Origin: Bdellovibrionales bacterium
GTDB taxonomy: Bacteria > Bdellovibrionota > Bdellovibrionia > Bdellovibrionales > JAUICD01
Length of the DNA: 52,545 nucleotides
Assembly: GCA_965197425.1 (NCBI GenBank)
Contig: CBDANC010000011.1
Span: 1-52,545 of the forward strand
Reading direction: 5' to 3'
Part shown: positions 41,416-51,415 of the stretch, one piece after another
How positions within the stretch are numbered: the first letter of the stretch is position 1
How the letters are laid out: the number at the start of each line of letters is the position of its first letter
The notes under the pieces: generated by a model
Databases searched by the model: none
Told to the model about the DNA's origin: nothing
Seen by the model: the letters and a program-made list of their open reading frames with translations, nothing else
Translations under genes and position numbers: made by a program

Positions 41416-41499
41416 ATAAATGACTCCTGCAAATTAAAGTTTAGGATAGAGTGTTTGTATTTATTTTGTTTCTTTTTACAATATATGAGGCTTATATAG

Positions 41500-41610
41500 A
41501 TTTCGGCTAAAACCTTAGATAACATTAGAAAAAGATTTGTCTTATTTTGGAATATTCTTAGACAGTCTCAAGGTTATTAATTTCTTGGATAACAAAACTC
41601 ATCCTATAAA
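41500..41610 (-). promoter_or_regulatory. Conserved cassette upstream region; candidate sigma28-like promoter
   Basis: Homologous to about 44394-44510 and 50885-50932; the minus strand has TAAT-N16-G(C/T)CGAAA, resembling TAAA-N15-GCCGATAA. Confidence 0.4.
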
Positions 41611-41621
41611 GAATAGACTTG

Positions 41622-41895
41622 TAAAAGGATTAGTGATGTTATAATTGTTTCTATAAAATCAGCAATTCCTAACTCCAAGGTTAAAAAGGGAGAGAAGGCA
41701 AAGGCGGTGATTGTTAGAACGATACACAAACAACGAAGACCGGATGGGAGTTATATAAGGTTTGATGAGAATGCTGTGGTCTTAGTCAATGCCAATAAAG
41801 AGCCTATAGACACACGTATTTTTGGTCCAGTTGTTCGTGAGTTAAGAGCTAAAAAGTTTGTTAAGATTGTTTCCTTAGCCCCAGAAGTTTTATAA
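41622..41895 (+). pseudogene. rplN: rplN 3' fragment, copy 2
   Basis: Near-identical to 37752-38037 with a deletion of about 12 bp at its 5' edge; no start codon; IGT changed to IDT. Confidence 0.92.
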
Positions 41896-41948
41896 AAAAT
41901 ACCCATATTTTTTTTCAATGTCATTGTCATGTTCAATAGGTATTTTAA

Positions 41949-42090
41949 TTACCTGCAAGCTAAACCGCCACTACATGAAGTTGATTGACCACCATTTACT
42001 CCGCTACATCTCCATGTGCATCCACCTGCACTACAGTGCCAGCCAGATGGAGTTCCAACGCTGCAATTTGGACCAACGATTACCAACGGC
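41949..42090 (-). pseudogene. Orphan Cys-rich C-terminal module
   Basis: Reads PNCSVGTPSGWHCSAGGCTWRCSGVNGGQSTSCSGGLACR* with no start codon. Confidence 0.8.
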
Positions 42091-42126
42091 TAAACTTTTT
42101 AGGTTAGTTGGGATCTCTACTTTCCT

Positions 42127-44292
42127 CTAATTCTCTATAATACTCTCTATAATAGGATCCTCATCTGAGCATGACGCTGACTGCCCGCCATTCAAACCTT
42201 GACATGTCCAAGTCCACCCTGAATTCGTTTGTTTAGTATTTGTAGCTCTTCCTCTAGTACATCCATAAGCATAAGGTTGGCAAGATCCGTCTTGGGGTGG
42301 AGCCTCTGGCTTAGCTTCTGCACAATGCACATTCAAGCCACCATTTAACCCAAAGCATCTCCAACTCCAATAATTAGGTCCATCATAATCACCGACAGAT
42401 GTTCCTCTAGTACATCCATAAGCATAAGGTTGGCAAGATCCATCTTCAGGTGGAGCCTTTGGCTTACCTTCTGCACAATGCGCATTCAAGCCACCATTTT
42501 TTCCAAAGCATCTCCAAGTCCATTTACTAGGTCCTTCATGAGTACCGACAGCTTTTCCTACCGTACAATTATAATGGTTAGATCCACATTTTCCATTGAC
42601 TGCAGGTGTTGGTATTAACCTAGAGCAATCAACACTGCTGCCACCTTTTGAGCCTGCACAATGCCACATATAATGAGTTGTTATATCTGGTCGATCGATA
42701 AAAGTACCTTGGTTACATCCATTTTTAACAGTAACGCTACAAGATCCATTGATAGGTATTATTTTAGAGCAATTGTCATTGGTGCCTCCATTTAAGCCTG
42801 CACATTGCCACTTAAAATGAGTTGTTGTATCTGGCTGATGTATGAAAGTTCCTTTAAGACATCCACCGTTAACAGTATTGTCACAGGCTCCATTGATAGA
42901 CGTCTTTGTTGTTGGTTTTACCTTTTGGCAATTTGTAGCAGTAGTTCCACCATTTAAACCTGAACATTGCCATCTATAATGAGTGCTTGTCTCTATACTT
43001 GATGTTGCAGTTCCTGCAACACATCCATATTTAATAGCATTGTTACAGACTCCATTGATAGGCGTATTTACTCTTGTTGGTTGTGGTATTGTTGTTGTTG
43101 GTTGTGGTATTGTTGTTGTCGTTGATTTAGGATGAGAGCAGGTAACTTCACGGTTAGGACTTGTGTGTGGAATACTTCTACAAGTCCATCGATAATGTGT
43201 ACTGTTATCTTCTGGGTGATTGTGGAAATTTCCAGCAGCACAAGAGTTTTCTGTGTTGCCACATCTTCCTATGATTTTTTGAGTTATGGTTGTCGTTGGA
43301 GAAGTTTCTAAGCTTGCTAAATCCTGTGAATTCTCTTCGCTTTGAGGCTCTCTTAAATTAGCAACAATTTGACTTATATTTTTGTAAATAGTTCTTGGAT
43401 ACCTCCATCCAACTTCTGCATCTGGATCTGTATCTATAAGATTTTGTGTGTCATCAATCCATGTGATTTGAGGACTATCTTGGTCACAATCAATGATTTT
43501 GATGATAGAAATTGAAAGAGCCGAATTATCGGTTCCACAGTTGTAAGCTATTGTATTTGTTGATAGGTTATTACAATCTCCATCTATGCAAAAATAACCC
43601 CAAAGGTTATCATTAGAATATAAACGATCTAAAGCTCTATCTATAAAACTCCAATCTTGGGTATCTTGGCAGGAGGTTGAAAAATCCTGAGAGTATGTAG
43701 TTGATAACTCTTGTAGTAATACTTCGTTATTTTCAGGACTACAATTAGAATCTGTGTTGATAGAATTTGTTTCTTGGCTTCCACTCATTCTGGGAAATTG
43801 CCATTTACTAACGGTATCTTCGCTTTCGATATTCCAGGCTGCAGATGGATCAGCATTGTCTTCACAGACATTATCAATAACTTTTATAACAAAGACATTG
43901 CTTAAATCTTTTTGAGTATCTGTTTGAGAGCCTTTATAGAAACTGACTGAATCTCTAGAAATATTTTCACAATCTCCTTGCTGGCAGCTATAACCAAAGT
44001 TAACATCTTTGGCTCTCAAGGCTTCAACAACTTGATCTAAAAAGTAGAAGCTTATGCAAGCTTCATTGAGGTCATTTGAGTACTGACTAGCCAGTTCGTT
44101 AACTATGTTTTGATAATTTGCAGGTTCTAATATTGAACTTTGTTGATTATTTACATTATTGTTATCTAAAGCTTCTGGATCTAATTTACAATTCATAAAG
44201 GCAACTGTTATGAACAATGAACTTAGAATTAAGACAGTAGGAATTAGAAGATGTTTAGGGAGTTTGGGGATGTGTTTTTGAGGATTAAGCAT
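42127..44292 (-). CDS. Cys-rich modular lipoprotein
   Basis: VAFMNC lipobox; duplicated N-terminal domain ending W.(F/Y)PR; Thr/Pro linker; about 7 NG.C...W.C.G.NGG modules. Confidence 0.88.
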   Translation of the reverse strand: MLNPQKHIPKLPKHLLIPTVLILSSLFITVAFMNCKLDPEALDNNNVNNQQSSILEPANYQNIVNELASQYSNDLNEACISFYFLDQVVEALRAKDVNFGYSCQQGDCENISRDSVSFYKGSQTDTQKDLSNVFVIKVIDNVCEDNADPSAAWNIESEDTVSKWQFPRMSGSQETNSINTDSNCSPENNEVLLQELSTTYSQDFSTSCQDTQDWSFIDRALDRLYSNDNLWGYFCIDGDCNNLSTNTIAYNCGTDNSALSISIIKIIDCDQDSPQITWIDDTQNLIDTDPDAEVGWRYPRTIYKNISQIVANLREPQSEENSQDLASLETSPTTTITQKIIGRCGNTENSCAAGNFHNHPEDNSTHYRWTCRSIPHTSPNREVTCSHPKSTTTTIPQPTTTIPQPTRVNTPINGVCNNAIKYGCVAGTATSSIETSTHYRWQCSGLNGGTTATNCQKVKPTTKTSINGACDNTVNGGCLKGTFIHQPDTTTHFKWQCAGLNGGTNDNCSKIIPINGSCSVTVKNGCNQGTFIDRPDITTHYMWHCAGSKGGSSVDCSRLIPTPAVNGKCGSNHYNCTVGKAVGTHEGPSKWTWRCFGKNGGLNAHCAEGKPKAPPEDGSCQPYAYGCTRGTSVGDYDGPNYWSWRCFGLNGGLNVHCAEAKPEAPPQDGSCQPYAYGCTRGRATNTKQTNSGWTWTCQGLNGGQSASCSDEDPIIESIIEN

Positions 44293-44539
44293 ATAGTAAA
44301 TAACTCCTGCAAATTAAAGTTTATGAAATTTACTTTTTAGGGTATTTGTATTTATTTTGTTTCTTTTTATAATTATGAGGCTTACATAAGTAGCTTTCGA
44401 CTAAAGTCTTAAATAACATTAGAGAAATATTGTCTTATTTTGGGATATTCTTAGACAGTCTCAAGTTCAAGGTTATTAATTTCTTGGATAACAAAACTCA
44501 TCCTATAAATACAGGTTCATTTTGAGTCACATAGACTTG

Positions 44540-44814
44540 TAAAAGGATTAGTGATATTATAGTTGTTTTTATAAAATCAGCTATTTTCTAACTCCAAAGT
44601 TAAAAAAGGAGAGAAGGCAAAGGCGGTGATTGTTAGAACGATACACAAACAACGAAGACCGGATGGGAGTTACATCAGATTTGATGAAAATGCTGTGGTC
44701 TTAGTCAATGCCAATAAAAAGCCTATAGGCACACGTATTTTTAGTCCAGTTGTTCGTGAGTTAAGAGCTAAAAGGTTTGTTAAGATTGTTTCCTTAGCTC
44801 CAGAAGTTTTATAA
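44540..44814 (+). pseudogene. rplN: rplN 3' fragment, copy 3
   Basis: Same 5' breakpoint as copy 2; more substitutions and a 1-bp insertion near 44585. Confidence 0.92.
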
Positions 44815-44866
44815 AAAATACTCATATTTTTTCAACTGTCATTGTCATGTTCAATAGGTATTTTAA

Positions 44867-45010
44867 CTACCTGCAAGCTAAACCACCACTACATGAAGTT
44901 GATTGGCCACCATTTACTCCGCTACATCTCCATGTGCATCCACTTCCGCTACAGTTCCAGCCAGAGGGGGTTCCAACGCTGCAATTTGGATCAACGATTA
45001 CCAACGGCCT
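44867..45010 (-). pseudogene. Orphan Cys-rich C-terminal module, second copy
   Basis: Reads DPNCSVGTPSGWNCSGSGCTWRCSGVNGGQSTSCSGGLACR*. Confidence 0.8.
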
Positions 45011-45043
45011 TATAGTGAGGAAAATGTTGATTTGATGAACATA

Positions 45044-48000
45044 CTAGTAGCTAAAGCAAGGTCCTTGTGTTGTGCCACCACATTCGCAATTCCATTCTTG
45101 GGTACCTTCGTTATCTATGAATCCAGTTTGTGATGTGCCTCTCACACAATCACTACTAGTACACCAATCTCCTTCAGGACAACTGTTTTCACAGCTTGCG
45201 TTACACCCACTGCCTACAAGGCTTTGATGGCTTGGGCAGGATGTTACTGGAGTCTTACAAGCATTACCACACCATATTTGATTACCACTACATCTGTTAA
45301 CACAAGTTGCGCTACATCCACTTCCACTAAGTCTTTGGTGGCTTGGACACGATGTCACTTGTGTTTTACAAGCATTATTACACCATATTTGATTACCACT
45401 ACATCTGTTGACACAAGTTGCGCTACATCTACTTCCACTAAGTCTTTGGTGGCTTAGGCAGGATGTCACTTGTGTTTTACAAGTATTGCTGCACCATATT
45501 TGATTACCACTACATCTGTTAACACAAGTTGCGCTACATCCACTTCCACTAAGTCTTTGGTGGCTTGGGCACGATGTTATTGGTGTTTTACAAGTATTGC
45601 TGCACCATATTTGATTACCACTACATCTGTTAACACAAGTTGCGCTACATCCACTTCCACTAAGTCTTTGGTGGCTTGGACATGATGTTATTGGTGTTTT
45701 ACAAGTATTGCTGCACCATATTTGATTACCACTACATCTGTTAACACAAGTTGCGCTACATCCACTTCCACTAAGCCTTTGGTGGCTTGGACATGATGTC
45801 ACTTGTGTTTTACAAGTATTGCTGCACCATATTTGATTACCACTACATCTGTTAACACAAGTTGCACTACATCCACTTCCACTAAGTCTTTGGTGGCTTG
45901 GGCACGATGTCACTTGTGTTTTACAAGTATTGCTGCACCATATTTGATTACTACTACATCTGTTGACACAAGTTGCACTACACCCACTTCCACTAAGCCT
46001 TTGGTGGCTTGGACATGATGTCACTTGTGTTTTACAAGTATTGCTGCACCATATTTGATTACTACTACATCTGTTGACACAAGTTGCACTACACCCACTT
46101 CCACTAAGTCTTTGGTGGCTTGGGCACGATGTCACTTGTGTTTTGCAGGTATTGCTGCACCATATTTGATTGCCACTACATCTGTTGACACAAGTTGCAC
46201 TACACCCACTTCCACTAAGTCTTTGGTGGCTTGGGCACGATGTCACTTGTGTTTTACAAGTATTGCTGCACCATATTTGATTACCACTACATCTGTTGAC
46301 ACAAGTTGCGCTACATCCACTTCCACTAAGTCTTTGGTGGCTTGGGCACGATGTCACTTGTGTTTTACAAGTATTGCTGCACCATATTTGATTACCACTA
46401 CATTTGTTGACACAAGTTGCGCTACATCCACTTCCACTAAGTCTTTGGTGGCTTGGACATGATGTTATTGGTGTTTTACAAGTATTGCTGCACCATATTT
46501 GATTGCCACTACATCTGTTGACACAAGTTGCACTACACCCACTTCCTGTAAGCCTCTGGTGGCTTGGGCACGATGTCACTTGTGTTTTGCAAGCATTGCT
46601 GCACCATATTTGATTGCCACTACATCTGTTGACACAAGTTGCACTACACCCACTTCCTGTAAGCCTCTGGTGGCTTGGGCACGATGTCACTTGTGTTTTG
46701 CAAGCATTGCCACACAGTATTTGTCCACTTGGACAATCTCTTACACATAAATTACCGCTTTTTGAGTAACCAGAGTTACAAGTCCAGCTATAACATCCCT
46801 TGCTATCCGCACTACAAGTAGAGTTTGTAGGTTTATTGTTGTTACATGAGGTAGAAGTAGAGCAATTAGGTATTCTCTTTAGACAACCTGTTGCAGAGGT
46901 GCCTTTAGGAGTTCCTGCTCCTGGGCAGTGCCATCGATCATATCCTCCACTGGCCGTTTTATTCGTAGCAGATGCAGATGAAGAGCAAGCGTATTTGACA
47001 TTGTTATTGCACTGGCCGTTCTCTGTAGCGGTGACACAGGAATTACCACTTTTTGTATAACCAGAGTCACAAGCCCAGCTATAACATCCTTTACTATCTG
47101 CGCTGCATGTTGAGTTTGTAGGTTTGCTGCTACTACATGAACTAGAAGTAGAACAATTAGGTATTCTCTTTAGACAACTTGTAGCAGTGCTGCCGGTAGG
47201 TGTACCAGCTCCCGGACAATGCCATCGATCATATCCTCCACTGGCCGTTTTATTCGTAGCAGATGCAGATGAAGAACAAGCATATTTGACATTGTTATTG
47301 CACTGACCGTTCTCTGTAGCGGTTACACAGGAATTACCGCTTTTTGTATAACCAGAGTTACAAGCCCAGCTATAACATCCTTTACTATCTGCACTGCATG
47401 TTGAGTTTGTAGGTTTATTGCTACTGCATGAACTAGAAGTAGAGCAATTAGGTATTCTCTTTAGACAACTTGTAGCAGTGCTGCCTTTAGGAGTTCCTGC
47501 TCCTGGACAATACCATCGATCATATCCCCCACTAGCGGTTTTATTCGTAGCAGCAGCAGAAGATGCACAACCATATTTCACATTGTTATTGCACTGGCCG
47601 TTCTCTGTTGCAGTGACACAGGAGTTACCGCTTTTTGAGTAACCAGAGTCACAAGCCCAGCTATAACATCCTTTACTATCTGCACTGCATGTTGAGTTTG
47701 TAGGTTTGCTGCTACTGCATGAACTAGAAGTAGAGCAATTAGGGATTCTCTTTAGACAACCTGTTGCAGTGGCGCCTTTAGGAGTTCCTGCTCCTGGGCA
47801 ATGCCATCGATCATATCCTCCACTGGCCGTTTTATTCGTAGCAGCAGCAGAAGATGCACAAGCATATTTGACATTGTTATTGCACTGGCCGTTCTCTGTT
47901 GCAGTGACACAGGAGTTACCACTTTTTGTATAACCAGAGTCACAAGCCCAGCTATAACATCCTTTACTATCTGCACTGCATGTTGAGTTTGTAGGTTTGC

Positions 48001-50836
48001 TGCTACTGCATGAAGTAGAAGTAGAGCAATTAGGTATTCTCTTTAGACAACTTGTTGCAGTGGTGCCTTTAGGAGTTCCTGCTCCTGGACAATACCATCG
48101 ATCATATCCCCCACTAGCGGTTTTATTCGTAGCAGCAGCAGAAGATGCACAACCATATTTCACATTGTTATTGCACTGGCCGTTCTCTGTTGCAGTGACA
48201 CAGGAGTTACCACTTTTTGTATAACCAGAGTCACAAGCCCAGCTATAACATCCTTTACTATCTGCACTGCATGTTGAGTTTGTAGGTTTGCTGCTACTGC
48301 ATGAAGTAGAAGTAGAGCAATTAGGTATTCTCTTTAGACAACTTGTTGCAGTGGTGCCTTTAGGAGTTCCTGCTCCTGGACAATACCATCGATCATATCC
48401 CCCACTAGCGGTTTTATTCGTAGCAGCAGCAGAAGATGCACAACCATATTTCACATTGTTATTGCACTGGCCGTTCTCTGTTGCAGTGACACAGGAGTTA
48501 CCGCTTTTTGAGTAACCAGAGTCACAAGCCCAGCTATAACATCCTTTACTATCTGCACTGCATGTTGAGTTTGTAGGTTTGCTGCTACTGCATGAACTAG
48601 AAGTAGAGCAATTAGGTATTCTCTTTAGACAACTTGTTGCAGTGGTGCCTTTAGGAGTTCCTGCTCCTGGACAATACCATCGATCATATCCCCCACTAGC
48701 GGTTTTATTCGTAGCAGCAGCAGAAGATGCACAACCATATTTCACATTGTTATTGCACTGGCCGTTCTCTGTTGCAGTGACACAGGAGTTACCACTTTTT
48801 GTATAACCAGAGTCACAAGCCCAGCTATAACATCCTTTACTATCTGCACTGCATGTTGAGTTTGTAGGTTTGCTGCTACTGCATGAAGTAGAAGTAGAGC
48901 AATTAGGTATTCTCTTTAGACAACTTGTTGCAGTGGTGCCTTTAGGAGTTCCTGCTCCTGGACAATACCATCGATCATATCCCCCACTAGCGGTTTTATT
49001 CGTAGCAGCAGCAGAAGATGCACAACCATATTTCACATTGTTATTGCACTGGCCGTTCTCTGTTGCAGTGACACAGGAGTTACCGCTTTTTGAGTAACCA
49101 GAGTCACAAGCCCAGCTATAACATCCTTTACTATCTGCACTGCATGTTGAGTTTGTAGGTTTGCTGCTACTGCATGAACTAGAAGTAGAGCAATTAGGGA
49201 TTCTCTTTAGACAACCTGTTGCAGTGGCGCCTTTAGGAGTTCCTGCTCCTGGGCAATGCCATCGATCATATCCTCCACTGGCCGTTTTATTCGTAGCAGC
49301 AGCAGAAGATGCACAAGCATATTTGACATTGTTATTGCACTGGCCGTTCTCTGTTGCAGTGACACAGGAGTTACCACTTTTTGTATAACCAGACTTACAT
49401 TCTAAACAGATGTCTGTAGTACCACCATTTTCACCTTCGCATTTCCAAGTCCATTGGGAAGTTTCACTCTTTCTGTTTATAGAAGTTCCAGCACTACAGT
49501 TGTAATGAGTAGAAGCGCATCTTCCGTTTATTTTTGTAAATGTTTGTGTTGTGGTTGTAACTGGAGGAGTTGTGACTGGGGGAATGGTTACTGGAACTGG
49601 GTCAAGTTCAAAGCCACTTCTTTTTTGATCTCCTTGAGGTTCACGCTCGCTTGCGCTTATGATTGGACATACATGTGATCCAACTCTCTCATTAGTAGGT
49701 CCAAAGTAACAATAATCACCATCCTCTTCACAATAATAATAATAACTTTGTAAAGCAGACTCCTGACTATTGGATGCAAAAAGAGTGATGACTCCTTCTA
49801 TGCAATCTGTACCTGAGCTTGCAGTGATTTCTATCAATTCTCCACCACAACTAAAAGGAAGTTTCCTGCCATTATTAGCCTGATATTGGCAGGTATCTGC
49901 ATTAAGCACTTCTATCTCTACAAAGCGAGTTGTCTCTGATCTTTCATATCTGTAAATATCATTGTTTTCTAATATTACAGGTATATTATTTGTGCTATCT
50001 GTAAAGTGTAATGGATTGAAATATGGTCTTGCATTTGAAGAGATAGTGACTTCTTTTTTTCTATAGGTCAGACACCCAGCAGCGTCAGAGCTTACAGCAG
50101 AGACTTCAATCAGCAATGTTCCAGAGCTTTCTTCAGAAAGATCTATTTCTAATGTATCTACATCTGTTTCATTTGTTGCAGTAGCTCCGGAAGGCAGTTT
50201 AGCTTTCCATTGGATAGAAGAGAAGCTTGTGCTATTTTTCAAGGCAAATGTAACAGAGTCGGATGCACCGGCCTTAAAAGAGGCAGCATTATCTGATGAG
50301 AGTTCTATTTCTAAAATATCATTAAGTGAGCACGAGTCTCCAACTACAAATCTTTTACTAGCCGTTGTTTTAAGCGTGGTTGATTGATAGGCGTTGGCAG
50401 ATACATCATAAGCCCCCAATCCTGAGGAGAACTTTGTTTGATATGTATCTGCTGTTGTTGAAGTGTTTGTTACGATAGGAGCAAAACCTCTTTGGATCGA
50501 CCACTTGTAATTGTCAGAAACTGGATCAGCACCGAGGAATTGAAACTTTATATCTGTATCAGCAGGAAGTAGACGATCTTCTTTAAAGGAACCATCTGTA
50601 GAGTCTATTTCAATGATTTGTCCTGTTTCATAGGTGACTTCTGCAGAGTTTGAGTCTCCTGATGATATATCTATATCGGTTGTTTTACAATTTTGAAAAG
50701 ACAGTAGAAAAATAGGGATAAAAGCGGTTAAAATGTATAGGATGTTTAAATATGTAGGATTTGTATTTCTAAAAAAAGAAACAAATTTTCTTTTTAGTTT
50801 GTTACAAGCTTTAGAATACTTTTGAAATTTATTCAA
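45044..50836 (-). CDS. Giant Cys-rich repeat lipoprotein (1930 aa)
   Basis: LSFQNC lipobox; beta-rich N-terminal region; Pro/Thr linker; nine 97-aa and about fourteen 37-aa Cys repeats. Confidence 0.9.
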   Translation of the reverse strand: MNKFQKYSKACNKLKRKFVSFFRNTNPTYLNILYILTAFIPIFLLSFQNCKTTDIDISSGDSNSAEVTYETGQIIEIDSTDGSFKEDRLLPADTDIKFQFLGADPVSDNYKWSIQRGFAPIVTNTSTTADTYQTKFSSGLGAYDVSANAYQSTTLKTTASKRFVVGDSCSLNDILEIELSSDNAASFKAGASDSVTFALKNSTSFSSIQWKAKLPSGATATNETDVDTLEIDLSEESSGTLLIEVSAVSSDAAGCLTYRKKEVTISSNARPYFNPLHFTDSTNNIPVILENNDIYRYERSETTRFVEIEVLNADTCQYQANNGRKLPFSCGGELIEITASSGTDCIEGVITLFASNSQESALQSYYYYCEEDGDYCYFGPTNERVGSHVCPIISASEREPQGDQKRSGFELDPVPVTIPPVTTPPVTTTTQTFTKINGRCASTHYNCSAGTSINRKSETSQWTWKCEGENGGTTDICLECKSGYTKSGNSCVTATENGQCNNNVKYACASSAAATNKTASGGYDRWHCPGAGTPKGATATGCLKRIPNCSTSSSCSSSKPTNSTCSADSKGCYSWACDSGYSKSGNSCVTATENGQCNNNVKYGCASSAAATNKTASGGYDRWYCPGAGTPKGTTATSCLKRIPNCSTSTSCSSSKPTNSTCSADSKGCYSWACDSGYTKSGNSCVTATENGQCNNNVKYGCASSAAATNKTASGGYDRWYCPGAGTPKGTTATSCLKRIPNCSTSSSCSSSKPTNSTCSADSKGCYSWACDSGYSKSGNSCVTATENGQCNNNVKYGCASSAAATNKTASGGYDRWYCPGAGTPKGTTATSCLKRIPNCSTSTSCSSSKPTNSTCSADSKGCYSWACDSGYTKSGNSCVTATENGQCNNNVKYGCASSAAATNKTASGGYDRWYCPGAGTPKGTTATSCLKRIPNCSTSTSCSSSKPTNSTCSADSKGCYSWACDSGYTKSGNSCVTATENGQCNNNVKYACASSAAATNKTASGGYDRWHCPGAGTPKGATATGCLKRIPNCSTSSSCSSSKPTNSTCSADSKGCYSWACDSGYSKSGNSCVTATENGQCNNNVKYGCASSAAATNKTASGGYDRWYCPGAGTPKGSTATSCLKRIPNCSTSSSCSSNKPTNSTCSADSKGCYSWACNSGYTKSGNSCVTATENGQCNNNVKYACSSSASATNKTASGGYDRWHCPGAGTPTGSTATSCLKRIPNCSTSSSCSSSKPTNSTCSADSKGCYSWACDSGYTKSGNSCVTATENGQCNNNVKYACSSSASATNKTASGGYDRWHCPGAGTPKGTSATGCLKRIPNCSTSTSCNNNKPTNSTCSADSKGCYSWTCNSGYSKSGNLCVRDCPSGQILCGNACKTQVTSCPSHQRLTGSGCSATCVNRCSGNQIWCSNACKTQVTSCPSHQRLTGSGCSATCVNRCSGNQIWCSNTCKTPITSCPSHQRLSGSGCSATCVNKCSGNQIWCSNTCKTQVTSCPSHQRLSGSGCSATCVNRCSGNQIWCSNTCKTQVTSCPSHQRLSGSGCSATCVNRCSGNQIWCSNTCKTQVTSCPSHQRLSGSGCSATCVNRCSSNQIWCSNTCKTQVTSCPSHQRLSGSGCSATCVNRCSSNQIWCSNTCKTQVTSCPSHQRLSGSGCSATCVNRCSGNQIWCSNTCKTQVTSCPSHQRLSGSGCSATCVNRCSGNQIWCSNTCKTPITSCPSHQRLSGSGCSATCVNRCSGNQIWCSNTCKTPITSCPSHQRLSGSGCSATCVNRCSGNQIWCSNTCKTQVTSCLSHQRLSGSRCSATCVNRCSGNQIWCNNACKTQVTSCPSHQRLSGSGCSATCVNRCSGNQIWCGNACKTPVTSCPSHQSLVGSGCNASCENSCPEGDWCTSSDCVRGTSQTGFIDNEGTQEWNCECGGTTQGPCFSY
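45190..46735 (-). repeat. 111-bp coding tandem repeat, about 14 copies
   Basis: Unit CPSHQRLSGSGCSATCVNRCSGNQIWCSNTCKTQVTS. Confidence 0.93.
46750..49392 (-). repeat. 291-bp coding tandem repeat, 9 copies
   Basis: Unit KSGNSCVTATENGQCNNNVKY...GCYSWACDSGY; shadow ORFs recur every 291 bp. Confidence 0.93.
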
Positions 50837-51023
50837 AATCTGAATTCCTATATTTTTTATTTTAAGATGTAAGGCTATAATAGGCTTTCGGCTAAAGTCT
50901 TAAATAGCATTAGAGAAATATTGTCTTATTTTCGCGCAAATCTAAGATGGTTAATGTCCCTTTTGGGGATGGTTGAAATCCCTCGCCTTCAGGCGACGCT
51001 CAATTTTTAACGATCTGAGATAT

Positions 51024-51179
51024 GGGCAAGGGGGTTTGCAAATTGAACAACGGCCATAAAAGCTGAGCATTCAATCAGTGCTAAACATTCTTAATCCATC
51101 GTATAACTCACAAACTTTATTCTTTATCTGTGACGAAGGTGGCCGTTATAGAGGGTTCAATTTACAAATCTCCTTGCCC
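51024..51179. mobile_element. MITE-like element with imperfect terminal inverted repeats of about 25 bp
   Basis: GGGCAAGGGGGTTTGCAAATTGAAC-AACGGCCA ... TGGCCGTT-N7-GTTCAATTTACAAATCTCCTTGCCC. Confidence 0.6.
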
Positions 51180-51330
51180 GTTTTAATAGCTTCTAGTCAA
51201 TTTCCAATTGACCCTTCTATTTGAACCCGAGGGCTTCAAGTCGAGGGTTGTTCAGTTTTTGAGACAACAAAGTTTATTTAAGAGGATAAGCGCAGATTTT
51301 TAGTGAGAAAAGCTCGAGTTAATCTGTTTT

Positions 51331-51415
51331 TAAGGTTTTTTGATATTATTGTTGTTTCTATATTGACTATTTGCTAACTCCAAAGTCAAAAAAGAGGCGA
51401 AGGCGGTGATTGTTA
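51331..51415 (+). pseudogene. rplN: rplN fragment, copy 4, highly degenerate and truncated
   Basis: tgatattattgttgtttctata...ctaactccaaagtcaaaaaagag..gcgaaggcggtgattgtta matches rplN 37776-37858 with indels; same 5' breakpoint. Confidence 0.8.

Noticed and set aside
41707..44814. 62-aa 'L14' ORFs at 41707 and 44626 as functional genes
   Set aside because: They start at an internal GTG, lack the N-terminal half and carry substitutions at conserved glycines; treated as fragments
45190..49392. Regular repeats as a possible CRISPR array
   Set aside because: Units are contiguous multiples of 3 (111 and 291 bp) inside one ORF, with no unique spacers and no cas genes
45224..49678. Many short ORFs on the + strand and alternative frames
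   Set aside because: Shadow ORFs recurring with the repeat period of the 1930-aa gene
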